A stretch of 64,000 bases of DNA from Acidimicrobiales bacterium (GTDB lineage: Bacteria > Actinomycetota > Acidimicrobiia > Acidimicrobiales > RAAP-2), in NCBI GenBank assembly GCA_035531955.1, contig DATKRZ010000103.1:11972-75971 (forward strand). The letters are read 5' to 3'. How positions within the stretch are numbered: the first letter of the stretch is position 1; each line of letters begins with the position of its first letter. Below, piece after piece: positions 1-8,662 of this stretch. The position numbers were made by a program, and so were the translations under genes. Below the pieces are notes generated by a model. The model saw only the letters and a program-made list of their open reading frames with translations, did not search any database and was not told the DNA's origin.

Positions 1-725
1 TTGTCCGACAGGCCGGTGAGGGTCTGGTTCGGGCCGCCCCCGGTGTACCCGTAGTCCCACCGGGCCGTGTGGAACGAGCGCCCGGCGAAGTCCTCCATGC
101 CCGGGATAGTGGGCAGCTTCATGAGGTTGAGGATCCCGACGGCCAGCACGTACCAGCGACAGCTGACCTCGTCGCCCCGGTCGGTGCCGATCCGCCACCG
201 GGCCACGTCCTCGTGCCACTCGGCCCGGGTCACCCCGGTGTGGAACAGGGCGTCGCCCACCAGGTCGAACCGGTCGGCGATGGCCTGGAGGTGCCCCCGG
301 ATCTCCTCGCCGAAGGCGTAGCGCCGGGTGGGGACGTAGCCGAGTTCCTCGAGCATGGGGAGGTAGATGTACGACTCAACGTCGCACATCACTCCCGGGT
401 AGCGGTTCCAGTACCAGGTGCCACCGATGCCGCCCGCCTGGTCGAGGATACGGATCCGTTCGAGTCCGGCCTGGCGGAGGCGGGCGCCGGCGAGCACCCC
501 GGCGATCCCCCCGCCCACGATCACCACATCGACGTCGTCGACGACCGGGTCGCGCTCGACGACCGGTGTGAACGGGTCGTCACGGTAGCGGGCGAAGTGC
601 TCGTCGGCCCTCAGGTCGCGGATGTCGGCGCGGTTGGGGACCAGCCGCTTGTCGCGCTCGGCGAGATACTTGGCGCGGACGGCCTCGGGGTCGTAGCTCG
701 CAGCCGTTGGAGGGAGCTCAGGCAT
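1..725 (-). CDS. Baeyer-Villiger-type flavoprotein monooxygenase, N-terminal ~241 codons (C-terminus lies beyond the window edge)
   Basis: Own translation of the minus strand from ATG (plus 723-725): MPELPPTAASYDPEAVRAKYL. Contains Rossmann VVIVGGGIAGV, GGTWYWNRYPG, and the BVMO fingerprint FAGRSFHTARWD (FxGxxxHxxxW[P/D]). Absent from the ORF track because no stop lies inside the window. Confidence 0.85.
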   Translation of the reverse strand, partial: MPELPPTAASYDPEAVRAKYLAERDKRLVPNRADIRDLRADEHFARYRDDPFTPVVERDPVVDDVDVVIVGGGIAGVLAGARLRQAGLERIRILDQAGGIGGTWYWNRYPGVMCDVESYIYLPMLEELGYVPTRRYAFGEEIRGHLQAIADRFDLVGDALFHTGVTRAEWHEDVARWRIGTDRGDEVSCRWYVLAVGILNLMKLPTIPGMEDFAGRSFHTARWDYGYTGGGPNQTLTGLSD

Positions 726-826
726 GGCGCAACCCTAGGCCAAGACCGGCTAGAGGCCTCGGGAGCGGCGAGCACCAAACGGGGGGTCGTTCGGGAGGCC
801 CGGAGGCCGGACGGACCGCACGGTGC

Positions 827-2080
827 TCAGGCCGGGGTGAAGGCGACCGGCAGGGAGATCGGCGAGCGGAAGGCCATGCCGCGGATGTGCAGGTCCTGTC
901 CGGGAGCCGGGTCCAGGCGCAGATCGGGCAATCGGTCGAACAGGGTGTTCATCGCCACCCGGGTCTCCATCCGGGCCAGGTGCATCCCCAGGCAGACGTG
1001 GATGCCGAACCCGAATCCCACGTTCTGGCGGGACTCCCGGAACAGATCGAACCGGTCGGGATCGGCGTACTTGCGCTCGTCACGATTGGCGGCGCCGAGG
1101 AGCAGGGCGATGTCGGCCCCCTCCTCCACCGGTACTCCGCCGATGTCGGTGTGCCGGGCGGCCCTCCGCAGGATCACCGTCACCGGCGGTTCCCAGCGGA
1201 TGACCTCCTCGAATGCGGGGACCAACAGCTCGCGGTCGGCAATCACCGCCCGCAGCTGATCTGGGTTGGTCAGCAGACCGTAGAGCAAACTGCCCGAGGC
1301 CCGGTAGGTGGTCTCCACCCCGGCCGGCAGCAGGAGCCGGAGGAACGAGTAGATCTCCTCGTCGCTCAGCACCCGCCCGTCCACCTCGGCCACCACCAGC
1401 TCGCTGATCAGGTCGTCGGCCGGCTGTCGGCGCCTTTGTTCGAGGATCCCGGCGAAGTAGTCGCGGAGCGCCTCCGAGGCGGCCATGCCGCGATCCCAGT
1501 TGGCCGCAACGCTGGTGATGGCGATGGCCCAGCGTTGGAACACCGGGAAGTCGGTTCGTGACAGCCCGAGGATCCGGGCGATCACCTGGACGGGGAAGTT
1601 GAAGGTGAGCTCTTGGACCAGGTCGGCGCGGCCACGATCGGCGAACCCGTCGACGAGCTCGTTCACCACGCACTGCACGAGGTCCTCCTCCCACCGCTGG
1701 AGGACCTTCGACCGGAAGGTGGGCGAGACCAGCGCCCGGTGAACCCGGTGGTCGGGCTCGTCCATCTGCAGGATGGTCCGGCCCATCACCGCCCCCATCA
1801 CGCCCTCGTAGACGCTGGAGGAGAAGGTCTCGTTGTCCCGCAGAACCTGGACCACTTCGTCGAACCCGAACACCGTCACCGGTGGCGGCCGGTCGGGATC
1901 GGCGGGGGTGGCCCCGTCCCCGAGGTCCACCGGGCCCACATGCACCGGGCTCACGCGGCAGAGCTCGTGCATCCGGGGATACGGGTCCCGGATGTCCCCG
2001 GACACGGTGTCCTGCAGTTCGAACGGGTCGAACCGCTCGGGCACAGGGTCAACGCCGGTGCCGGCTGCGACCGTCGACAT
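827..2080 (-). CDS. cytochrome P450
   Basis: ORF 827..2383 trimmed to ATG at 2080 (MSTVAAGTG), which is preceded by GGAGG. Heme-thiolate loop FGFGIHVCLG; EXXR region EEVIRWEPP. Confidence 0.9.
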   Translation of the reverse strand: MSTVAAGTGVDPVPERFDPFELQDTVSGDIRDPYPRMHELCRVSPVHVGPVDLGDGATPADPDRPPPVTVFGFDEVVQVLRDNETFSSSVYEGVMGAVMGRTILQMDEPDHRVHRALVSPTFRSKVLQRWEEDLVQCVVNELVDGFADRGRADLVQELTFNFPVQVIARILGLSRTDFPVFQRWAIAITSVAANWDRGMAASEALRDYFAGILEQRRRQPADDLISELVVAEVDGRVLSDEEIYSFLRLLLPAGVETTYRASGSLLYGLLTNPDQLRAVIADRELLVPAFEEVIRWEPPVTVILRRAARHTDIGGVPVEEGADIALLLGAANRDERKYADPDRFDLFRESRQNVGFGFGIHVCLGMHLARMETRVAMNTLFDRLPDLRLDPAPGQDLHIRGMAFRSPISLPVAFTPA

Positions 2081-2151
2081 GGATGGACCTCCTGGTCTGT
2101 CGGCCTCGAACGACCCGCCGGGACCCGAGGTCGGTTCGGGCCGATTGTAAC

Positions 2152-2161
2152 CGAACGTTCG
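2152..2161. promoter_or_regulatory. perfect 10-bp palindrome CGAACGTTCG in the P450/TetR divergent intergenic region (candidate TetR operator)
   Basis: Seen directly. Further GTTCG/CGAAC half-sites lie at about 2106 and 2133. Sits between divergent starts at 2080 and 2223. Confidence 0.3.
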
Positions 2162-2222
2162 TTGGGTTTCAACCCGACGTCGGTCCGGGCCGCGTTCGAC
2201 GCAGGCCGGATTTGGTCCGACA

Positions 2223-2867
2223 ATGGGTGTCGTGCCCTCCTCCGCCTCCGTCGACCGGCAGCCGCCCCGGCCGGCCGGCCGCGCCCAGCGGCAGCACATC
2301 CTGGCCGTCGCCCTCTCCTTGATGTCCCAGAACGGAGTGGACGGCACCAGCATGCGGGAACTGGCCGCAGCCACCGGTCTCAACGTGGCCTCGCTCTACC
2401 ACTACTTCCCGTCCAAGGCGGACCTGCTGGTGGCGGTGCTCGAGGAGCACGGCTTCGTCGACAACCTGGCCGCCCCCTCGCCTCCGGCACTGGCCCGGGA
2501 CCCGGCCACCGGGCTGGCCGACCTGCTCACCGACATCGTCCTGTCGATGCTGGAGGTGGAGGACTTCGTCCGCCTGATGCTCGGCGAGGTGATGCGCGGG
2601 GACGAGACCGCTCATGCGGTGGGCGTCGATCTTTTCGCTGCCACCCAGACATCGCTCGAGCGGTGGCTCGACGAGGCCCGTCCGAGCCTCTGCGAGCCCG
2701 GGTCCCGGGCCGCCATGGCGCGGGTGCTGAGGGCCGTGGTGGTCGGCGTGTTCATCGAGCACGTGGCCGGTGTGCTCGATGACGACGGCACCGATACGGC
2801 TGACGTGCTCCGGCGGCGGGCCCGGGAGGCGGCCGCCTTCTTCGAGGGCGATCGGCCACCGGACTGA
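2223..2867 (+). CDS. TetR family transcriptional regulator
   Basis: N-terminal HTH RQHILAVALSLMSQNGVDGTSMRELAAATGLNVASLYHYFPSKADLL. Divergent from the P450. Confidence 0.9.
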   Translation: MGVVPSSASVDRQPPRPAGRAQRQHILAVALSLMSQNGVDGTSMRELAAATGLNVASLYHYFPSKADLLVAVLEEHGFVDNLAAPSPPALARDPATGLADLLTDIVLSMLEVEDFVRLMLGEVMRGDETAHAVGVDLFAATQTSLERWLDEARPSLCEPGSRAAMARVLRAVVVGVFIEHVAGVLDDDGTDTADVLRRRAREAAAFFEGDRPPD

Positions 2868-2884
2868 GCCCGGCCCCGAGAGGG

Positions 2885-4084
2885 TCAGGGCAGGCGCTCG
2901 ATCACCATGGCGTTGGACTGGCCTCCCCCTTCACACATCGTCTGGAACCCGTAGCGGCCGCCGACCGCCTCGAGCCGGCTCAGCAGCGACGCGGCCAGGC
3001 GCACCCCGGATGCCCCCAGCGGGTGGCCCATCGCGATGGCGCCCCCGTGGGGGTTGAACACCTCGGGGTCGGGACCGAAGGCACGGGACCACATCAGCGC
3101 GATGGCGGCGAAGGCCTCGTTGCACTCGATGGCATCGAAGTCCCCGACCTTCATCCCCGACCGGTCGAGCAGTCGGTGGGTCACCGGCACCGGGGCGGAC
3201 AGGACGATGGCGGCGTCCTCGGCGGCCACTGCGAAATGGGCGAACCGGGCCCGGATGGGCAACCCGAGGCGCTCGGCCACCGATCGTTCAGCCACCAGCA
3301 TGGCCGCGGCGCCGTCGGTCATCTGGGAGGCGTTCCCGGCGGTGATGTCGGGCGCAGTCTCGGGCTCCCAGGACTGGGCCGGGGGCAGGCCGGCCAATGA
3401 TTCCATCGATCCTCCCCGGCGGATGCCCTCGTCGACGGCGAGCTTCAGCCCGGTGAGCGACCCGTCCTCGGCCTTGGTCGGAACCGGAACGACCTCGCGG
3501 GCGAGAGCGTCGGTGTCCCACGCCGCAGCCGCCCGGCGATGGCTCTCGAGCGAATAGGCGTCCATGTCCCGGCGCGAGATCCCGTAGCGGTCGGCCAGCA
3601 CCTGGGCCACCCGGAACTGGGCCCACAGCCGCCCGTCGATGGCCGAGAGGAAGGACGGAGGGAACGGCCCGGTTCCCCCGCGGGCGTTGCTCGCCATCGG
3701 CACCCGGCTCATCGACTCGACGCCGCAAGCCACTACCAGGTCGTAGTGGCCGGCCACCACGCCGGCGGCGGCAAAGTGCATCGCCTGCTGGGACGACCCG
3801 CACTGCCGGTCCACCGTGGTGGCCGGGACGTGCTGGGGCAGCCCGGCCGACACCCAGGCGTTCCGGGTCACATTGGTGCTCTGCTCCCCGACCTGGGCGA
3901 CGCACCCGCCGATGACGTCGTCGATGGTCGCCGGGTCGACCGCGGTCCGGTCGAGCAGGGAGGAGATGGCGAAGGCGAGCAGGTCGGCAGGGTGCCAGTG
4001 CTGGAGTGCGCCACCCCGCTTGCCGAACGCGGTCCGCACCACGTCGACGACGACCGCGTCGCGGCCTCCGGTGACCGTGCTCAT
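2885..4084 (-). CDS. acetyl-CoA C-acyltransferase (degradative thiolase)
   Basis: Nucleophile context DRQCGSSQQAM, NEAFAA, GHPLGASG, CEGGGQ. 399-aa ORF with ATG at 4084. Confidence 0.92.
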   Translation of the reverse strand: MSTVTGGRDAVVVDVVRTAFGKRGGALQHWHPADLLAFAISSLLDRTAVDPATIDDVIGGCVAQVGEQSTNVTRNAWVSAGLPQHVPATTVDRQCGSSQQAMHFAAAGVVAGHYDLVVACGVESMSRVPMASNARGGTGPFPPSFLSAIDGRLWAQFRVAQVLADRYGISRRDMDAYSLESHRRAAAAWDTDALAREVVPVPTKAEDGSLTGLKLAVDEGIRRGGSMESLAGLPPAQSWEPETAPDITAGNASQMTDGAAAMLVAERSVAERLGLPIRARFAHFAVAAEDAAIVLSAPVPVTHRLLDRSGMKVGDFDAIECNEAFAAIALMWSRAFGPDPEVFNPHGGAIAMGHPLGASGVRLAASLLSRLEAVGGRYGFQTMCEGGGQSNAMVIERLP

Positions 4085-4140
4085 GACTGCTGGCTCATGA
4101 CGGTTGGCTCATGACGGCTGGGCTCATCCTGGTTCCTCCC
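4081..4140 (-). promoter_or_regulatory. SD plus two ATGA-chained mini-ORFs (MSPAVMSQPS 4095-4127; MSQQS 4081-4098) built from a 14/15-nt tandem repeat and ending on the thiolase ATG
   Basis: Minus strand reads GGGAGGAA CCAGG ATGAGCCCAGCCGTCATGAGCCAACCGTCATGAGCCAGCAGTCATGAGCACG. The unit GTCATGAGCC occurs 4 times. The thiolase ATG has no SD of its own. Confidence 0.55.
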
Positions 4141-4175
4141 GGGCACCCGGTTCCTCCGGTTCCCCTCGAGCGAGA

Positions 4176-4934
4176 CTAGGGCAGGTCAACGAGACCCTCC
4201 CAGCCTGCCGGCGGGGGCGCAAGGCGCCAGTACTGCTCCCCCACGTTGGCCTCCAGGCGGGGCGTCAGCGCGTGCTCGGCCTCGAGAGGTGGGATCTGGC
4301 TCGAGTAGCACCAGACGGCCTGCCGTTTGCGCTCGGCATCCGGTTGCTGGGGCACCACAGCCGGGGTGGGCCAGATGCCGGCCCGGAACAGCTTGCCCAC
4401 CCGCCAGGCGAGCAGTCCCGGGAGGTGGGCGTAGCCCGCGTCCTCGTAGCAGAACCAGGCCAGGCTCATCATCCGCCGGCGCACGAGCATTCCGGCGTCG
4501 TGGGCGGTGCCGTGGTCCGGGTTGGCCAGGCCCATGGGCAGGAACACGGCCGTGGCCCCCGCCGACCGGATGGCCGTCTCCAGGTCGGGGGCCACCGCTT
4601 CGGGCGTCGGGCGGTCGGAGAGGGGAAGATACTGGTGCTCCACGAAGTCGAGCCAGACCGGCCGGGCGTCGACGAGTTCCAGCGCGCGACGGTCCTCCTG
4701 GCGGCGGGCACCGACGACGTCGTCACCCGACCGGAAGCCGCCGGCGGCATCCCAGGGCGCGGGCGGATCGGGGTAGCGCGCCGGGAATCCGGCGAACACG
4801 GTCACCACGGTTGACCCGCGGTGGCGCAAGAGGAGGTGGCTCGTGCCGAGCACGGCATCGTCGAGATGCGGTGAGACCACCACGATCCGGCGGAGCAGTT
4901 CCGGTGCCACCAGTCCCCAGGTCGGATCGTCCAT
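4176..4934 (-). CDS. PIG-L/LmbE family deacetylase-like protein
   Basis: VVVSPHLDDAVLG (PHxDD motif) and NPDHGTAHD. ORF 4176..5012 trimmed to ATG at 4934 to avoid overlapping the upstream gene end. Confidence 0.78.
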   Translation of the reverse strand: MDDPTWGLVAPELLRRIVVVSPHLDDAVLGTSHLLLRHRGSTVVTVFAGFPARYPDPPAPWDAAGGFRSGDDVVGARRQEDRRALELVDARPVWLDFVEHQYLPLSDRPTPEAVAPDLETAIRSAGATAVFLPMGLANPDHGTAHDAGMLVRRRMMSLAWFCYEDAGYAHLPGLLAWRVGKLFRAGIWPTPAVVPQQPDAERKRQAVWCYSSQIPPLEAEHALTPRLEANVGEQYWRLAPPPAGWEGLVDLP

Positions 4935-4971
4935 CAGAGCGGCGCATCGCCCGGCGTCGGCGTTGACCCGG

Positions 4972-6189
4972 TCAGAGCACGGCTCCTTTGACCTTGAGGT
5001 CGAGGATCGCATCCATCTCCAACCCCAGCTCCCCGAGAACTTCGTCGGTGTGCTCCCCGTGATCGGGCGCCCGGGTGAGGTCGGGGGGCTCCTCGTCGAA
5101 CTGGAGCGGGGAGGGCACCATGTGGAAGGTGGTGCCTGACGCCGAGACCACCTCCCGGAGGTAACCGTTGGCGATGGCCTGGGGGTCGACGAGCAGCTCG
5201 TCGGCGGTCTGCACCGGGGCCCACACCCCTTCGACGTCCATGAGGATGGGCTTCCACTCCTCCAGGGTGCGGCCGGCGAAGACCTCGTCCAGGGTGCGGC
5301 AGCACTCCTGGCAGTTCTCGGCCCGCGCCGCCGAGTCCGCGTATCGGGGGTCGTCAGCCAGGTCCGGCCGGCCGATCTTGGTGACCAGGTCGCCCCAGTA
5401 CCGGTCCGACTCCAGCATGATGAGGGACAAGAAGCGGTCGTCTTTGGTCTTGAAGTTGTTGACCAACGGGTTGGGCATCTTCGTCCGGTCCCCGCGCGGC
5501 ATACGGCTGAACCCGAAGAGGTCGGCGGCCAGCACCGTGGCCCCGATGGCCCACATCCCGTTGGCCAGCAGAGAATTGTCGACGATCACCGCCTCTCCGG
5601 TCCGCTCCCGGTGGAAGAGTGCCGCTGCCACCCCCCCGGCGATGGTCTGGCCCCCGATGACGTCGCCGAACCCGGGACCCGGCTGGCTGGCCGGGTACTC
5701 ACCCGGGGGGGAGATGATGTCCGCCGCGCCGCCGCGACCCCAGAACGTCGAGTTGTCATAGCCGCCCCGCTCGGCCTCGGGTCCCCGCTGACCGAGGCCC
5801 GAGCCCCGCACGTAGATGATGTCCGGGTTGACGGCCCGGATGTCCTCCACGTCGATCTTCAGCTTCTGTCGCGCCTGCGGGCGGAAGTTGGTCAGGAAGA
5901 CGTCGGCCCCCTTGGCCAGATCGAGGAGGATCTGGTGGCCCCCTTCGGTCTTGAGGTTGAGACCGACGCTCCGCTTCCCCCGGTTCGGCAACTCGATCAT
6001 GTGGTTGACCCCACCGGGGCCGCTCGGGACCAGTCCCGAATTCACCAGGCCCCGCTGGGGGTCACCCACCTCGGGATGCTCGATCTTGATGACGTCGGCG
6101 CCCCATTCGGCCAGGACGGCTCCGGCGATGGGCACATAGGTCCACGCCGCGACCTCGACCACCCGCACCCCACTCATGATGCCCTTCAC
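4972..6189 (-). CDS. family III CoA-transferase (CaiB/BaiF type)
   Basis: N-terminus GVRVVEVAAWTYVPIAGAVLAEWGADVIKIEHPEVGDPQRG. GTG start at 6189 preceded by AAGGAGGAGG. Confidence 0.9.
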   Translation of the reverse strand: MKGIMSGVRVVEVAAWTYVPIAGAVLAEWGADVIKIEHPEVGDPQRGLVNSGLVPSGPGGVNHMIELPNRGKRSVGLNLKTEGGHQILLDLAKGADVFLTNFRPQARQKLKIDVEDIRAVNPDIIYVRGSGLGQRGPEAERGGYDNSTFWGRGGAADIISPPGEYPASQPGPGFGDVIGGQTIAGGVAAALFHRERTGEAVIVDNSLLANGMWAIGATVLAADLFGFSRMPRGDRTKMPNPLVNNFKTKDDRFLSLIMLESDRYWGDLVTKIGRPDLADDPRYADSAARAENCQECCRTLDEVFAGRTLEEWKPILMDVEGVWAPVQTADELLVDPQAIANGYLREVVSASGTTFHMVPSPLQFDEEPPDLTRAPDHGEHTDEVLGELGLEMDAILDLKVKGAVL

Positions 6190-6232
6190 TGCGCCCTCCT
6201 CCTTGACGAGACTGACCTGCCGGCGGTGACGC

Positions 6233-7054
6233 TCATTCGGGGAAGGCGAACGCCGAGATGTCGAGGGTCCCCACTGCCATCGCCCCCATGGTGCCGCCGT
6301 CGGTCAGGATGTTCTCCCCGGTCATGGACGACGCCGCTCCCGAGTTCAGGAAGATGAGCGGGTAGGCCTGCTCCTCGGGGGTGGATCGGCGCCCCAGGGG
6401 GATCGGGTAGTTGTCCATGAAGGCCTTGCCGACCTGCTCCTCGAAGTCCGGCATCATCGGGGTGTCGGTCGGGCCCGGACTGGTGCAGTTGATGCGGATG
6501 CCCAGCTTCCCGAGCTCGAACGAGCGCCACACCGTCCACACGATGATCGCCTCCTTGGAGGGCGCATAACCGCTGGCGATCTCCTCGGGGTGGTCCTCCA
6601 GCCACCGGACGGTCTCGGCGAATCCGTCGCAGGCGACCAGTGGCATCCATTTGGCCACATTCCCCATCCACCCGGCGCCGGCCCCCGAGGAGATGCTGGC
6701 GATGGACGCACCCTCGCTCATACGGGTCACCACCAGGTCGGTGAGGTGCCGCAGGGAGGCGAAGTTCACCACCATGGTGTCGAGATCGGAGAACCGACCG
6801 CCCGGAAGGCCGGCGCAGTTGAACAGGGCGTCGACGCGCCCCCCGATGGCGTCCACGGCTGCGGCGATGGCGTCGGGCTGTCGGAGGTCGACGGCGTGGT
6901 ATCCGGCGACCTCGATCGGGGGCGCCTTCAGATCGAGGACGTGGATCTCGGCCCCGAGCCGGTGCAGCTCCCGGACGGTGGCCGCCCCCATGCCCGCACC
7001 ACCGCCCCCGCTGACGATGACCCGCTTGCCCTCGTAGCTCCACACCGAAGTCAT
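6233..7054 (-). CDS. SDR family oxidoreductase
   Basis: GKRVIVSGGGGAGMGAA dinucleotide fold and YAPSK (YxxxK). Trimmed to ATG at 7054 (MTSVWSYEGK). Confidence 0.88.
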   Translation of the reverse strand: MTSVWSYEGKRVIVSGGGGAGMGAATVRELHRLGAEIHVLDLKAPPIEVAGYHAVDLRQPDAIAAAVDAIGGRVDALFNCAGLPGGRFSDLDTMVVNFASLRHLTDLVVTRMSEGASIASISSGAGAGWMGNVAKWMPLVACDGFAETVRWLEDHPEEIASGYAPSKEAIIVWTVWRSFELGKLGIRINCTSPGPTDTPMMPDFEEQVGKAFMDNYPIPLGRRSTPEEQAYPLIFLNSGAASSMTGENILTDGGTMGAMAVGTLDISAFAFPE

Positions 7055-7108
7055 GTCGATCCCTCTCTCACTGGCTCCTACCAGAGCTCTCACTGTCCCA
7101 CTGCCGGG

Positions 7109-8302
7109 TCACCGCGGCAGGCCGAGCCCGTGCTCGGCCACGATGTTCCGGTTGATCTCGCTGGTTCCCCCGGCAATCGAGACTCCCGGCGAGGCGGTGA
7201 AACTGTCGGTCCAGGCGCCGGTCAGGCCGCCGGAGCCGAGCAGGCCGACGGCCAGGTCGGCAAGCTCTTGGGTGGCCCGGGCCCACATGAGCTTGGTCAG
7301 GCTGCCCATGGCCGCCGAGGGCTCCCCGCCCCCGCCGACCGTTTCCAGCTCACGGGAGGTCATCCAGCGCATGCAGGAGATGACCGCGAAGACCTGGGCC
7401 AGCCGGTCGCGCTGGACCGGCGTCGTCGACACGCCCGCCCGCCGCGCCGCTTCGACCAACTCGTCGAACCGGGCGGTCAGGCCGAGATGGAGGCGGGCCA
7501 CTCCGGCCCGCTCGTGGCTGAGCGTGGTCATGGCCACCCGCCAACCCTGGTGGATCGGCCCGAGCAGGGCGTCGTAGGGAACCCGGACATCGGTGAAGAA
7601 GAGCTCGGAGAAGGTGGAGTCGCCGGTCATCGTGCGCAGCGGACGGGCCTCGACACCGGGCGACCTCATGTCCACCAGCAGACAGCTGATCCCCCGGTGC
7701 TTCGGGGCAGAGGGATCGGTGCGGACGTAGAGCTGGCACCAGTCAGCGTACTGCCCGAGGCTGTTCCAGGCCTTCTGCCCGTTGACGAGGAATCCCCCGT
7801 CGCAGGCGACTGCCGCGGTCTTGAGCGATGCCAGGTCCGAGCCGGCGTCGGGCTCGGACATGCCCTGGCACCAGATCTCGTCGCCCCGCAGCATGGGCGC
7901 CAGGTACCGCTCCTTCTGCTCGGTGCGGCCCGCCGTCATGATGGCGGGCGCGATGTTGGCCACCCCGATGACATTGACCGGACCCGGGGCATGGAACCTG
8001 ACCATCACCTCGTGGAGGGCCAACTGATCTGCCAGCGGGGCGTCGCGGCCCCCGTACTCGGCCGGCCACGAGATCGCCGCCCATCCGGCATCGGCGAGGG
8101 TGCGGTTCCACCCGCGCAGGATCTCGAGCGTGGCGGGGGTGACAGCCCCGTCCCGTCCGGCCGCCACCACCTCGGGGGTGAGGTTGGCAGCGAGCCATTC
8201 GGTCAGCGGGCGGGCGATCCCGTCCTGTGGCCCGTCCTGTGGCCCGGGGCGGAACGGCGACGGCCGGTCGGGGGCCAGGGCGAGCGATCCGTCAGTGTCC
8301 AT
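7109..8302 (-). CDS. acyl-CoA dehydrogenase (catalytic-Glu, alpha-like type)
   Basis: ACAD-like throughout. C-terminal IAGGTSEINRNIVAEHGLGLPR. Trimmed to ATG at 8302 (MDTDGS), preceded by AAGGGGGG. Confidence 0.9.
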   Translation of the reverse strand: MDTDGSLALAPDRPSPFRPGPQDGPQDGIARPLTEWLAANLTPEVVAAGRDGAVTPATLEILRGWNRTLADAGWAAISWPAEYGGRDAPLADQLALHEVMVRFHAPGPVNVIGVANIAPAIMTAGRTEQKERYLAPMLRGDEIWCQGMSEPDAGSDLASLKTAAVACDGGFLVNGQKAWNSLGQYADWCQLYVRTDPSAPKHRGISCLLVDMRSPGVEARPLRTMTGDSTFSELFFTDVRVPYDALLGPIHQGWRVAMTTLSHERAGVARLHLGLTARFDELVEAARRAGVSTTPVQRDRLAQVFAVISCMRWMTSRELETVGGGGEPSAAMGSLTKLMWARATQELADLAVGLLGSGGLTGAWTDSFTASPGVSIAGGTSEINRNIVAEHGLGLPR

Positions 8303-8413
8303 GGCCCCCCTTGAGCGCCATCGGGTCGGCACGCCGTCCGTGCCTTGCCCGAAGTGCGAGACTAGTCCACCCCCGCCAGGGGCGACAATCCCGTTTTCAG
8401 TGCGGGGAGCCGG

Positions 8414-8605
8414 TCAATCCTCGAGTGCGATGGCCTGCTCGGGACAGTTGGACTCCGCCGTCCGGGCCTGACCCTCCGCTCCAGGCGGCACCTCCGGGTC
8501 GATGACCGTGCCGTACCCGCGGTCGTCGCAGTCGAAGAGGCCGGGAGCCAGCGAGTAACAGCGGCCGTGGCCCGTACACCGCTCGGTGTCCAAGACGATC
8601 CTCAC
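8414..8605 (-). CDS. small ferredoxin (3Fe-4S-type Cys pattern, CxxHxxC...CP)
   Basis: 63 aa: MRIVLDTERCTGHGRCYSLAPGLF...SNCPEQAIALED. Confidence 0.85.
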   Translation of the reverse strand: MRIVLDTERCTGHGRCYSLAPGLFDCDDRGYGTVIDPEVPPGAEGQARTAESNCPEQAIALED

Positions 8606-8662
8606 CCCTCCACCCTAGGACCCTCGGCCGTCGTGGGGACCCCGGCGCGGACGCTGCCCGCC

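Noticed and set aside
69-1259. 396-aa plus-strand ORF (and the overlapping 707..1561 ORF) across the BVMO/P450 region
   Set aside because: The opposite strand encodes proteins with unmistakable BVMO and P450 motifs. The composition is Arg/Gly/Pro-rich and low-complexity, typical of GC-driven shadow ORFs.
7065-7095. 9-bp direct repeat CTCTCACTG x2 (22-bp period) in the leader of the SDR gene
   Set aside because: It is too short and imperfectly spaced to distinguish from chance, and it does not create chained ORFs.
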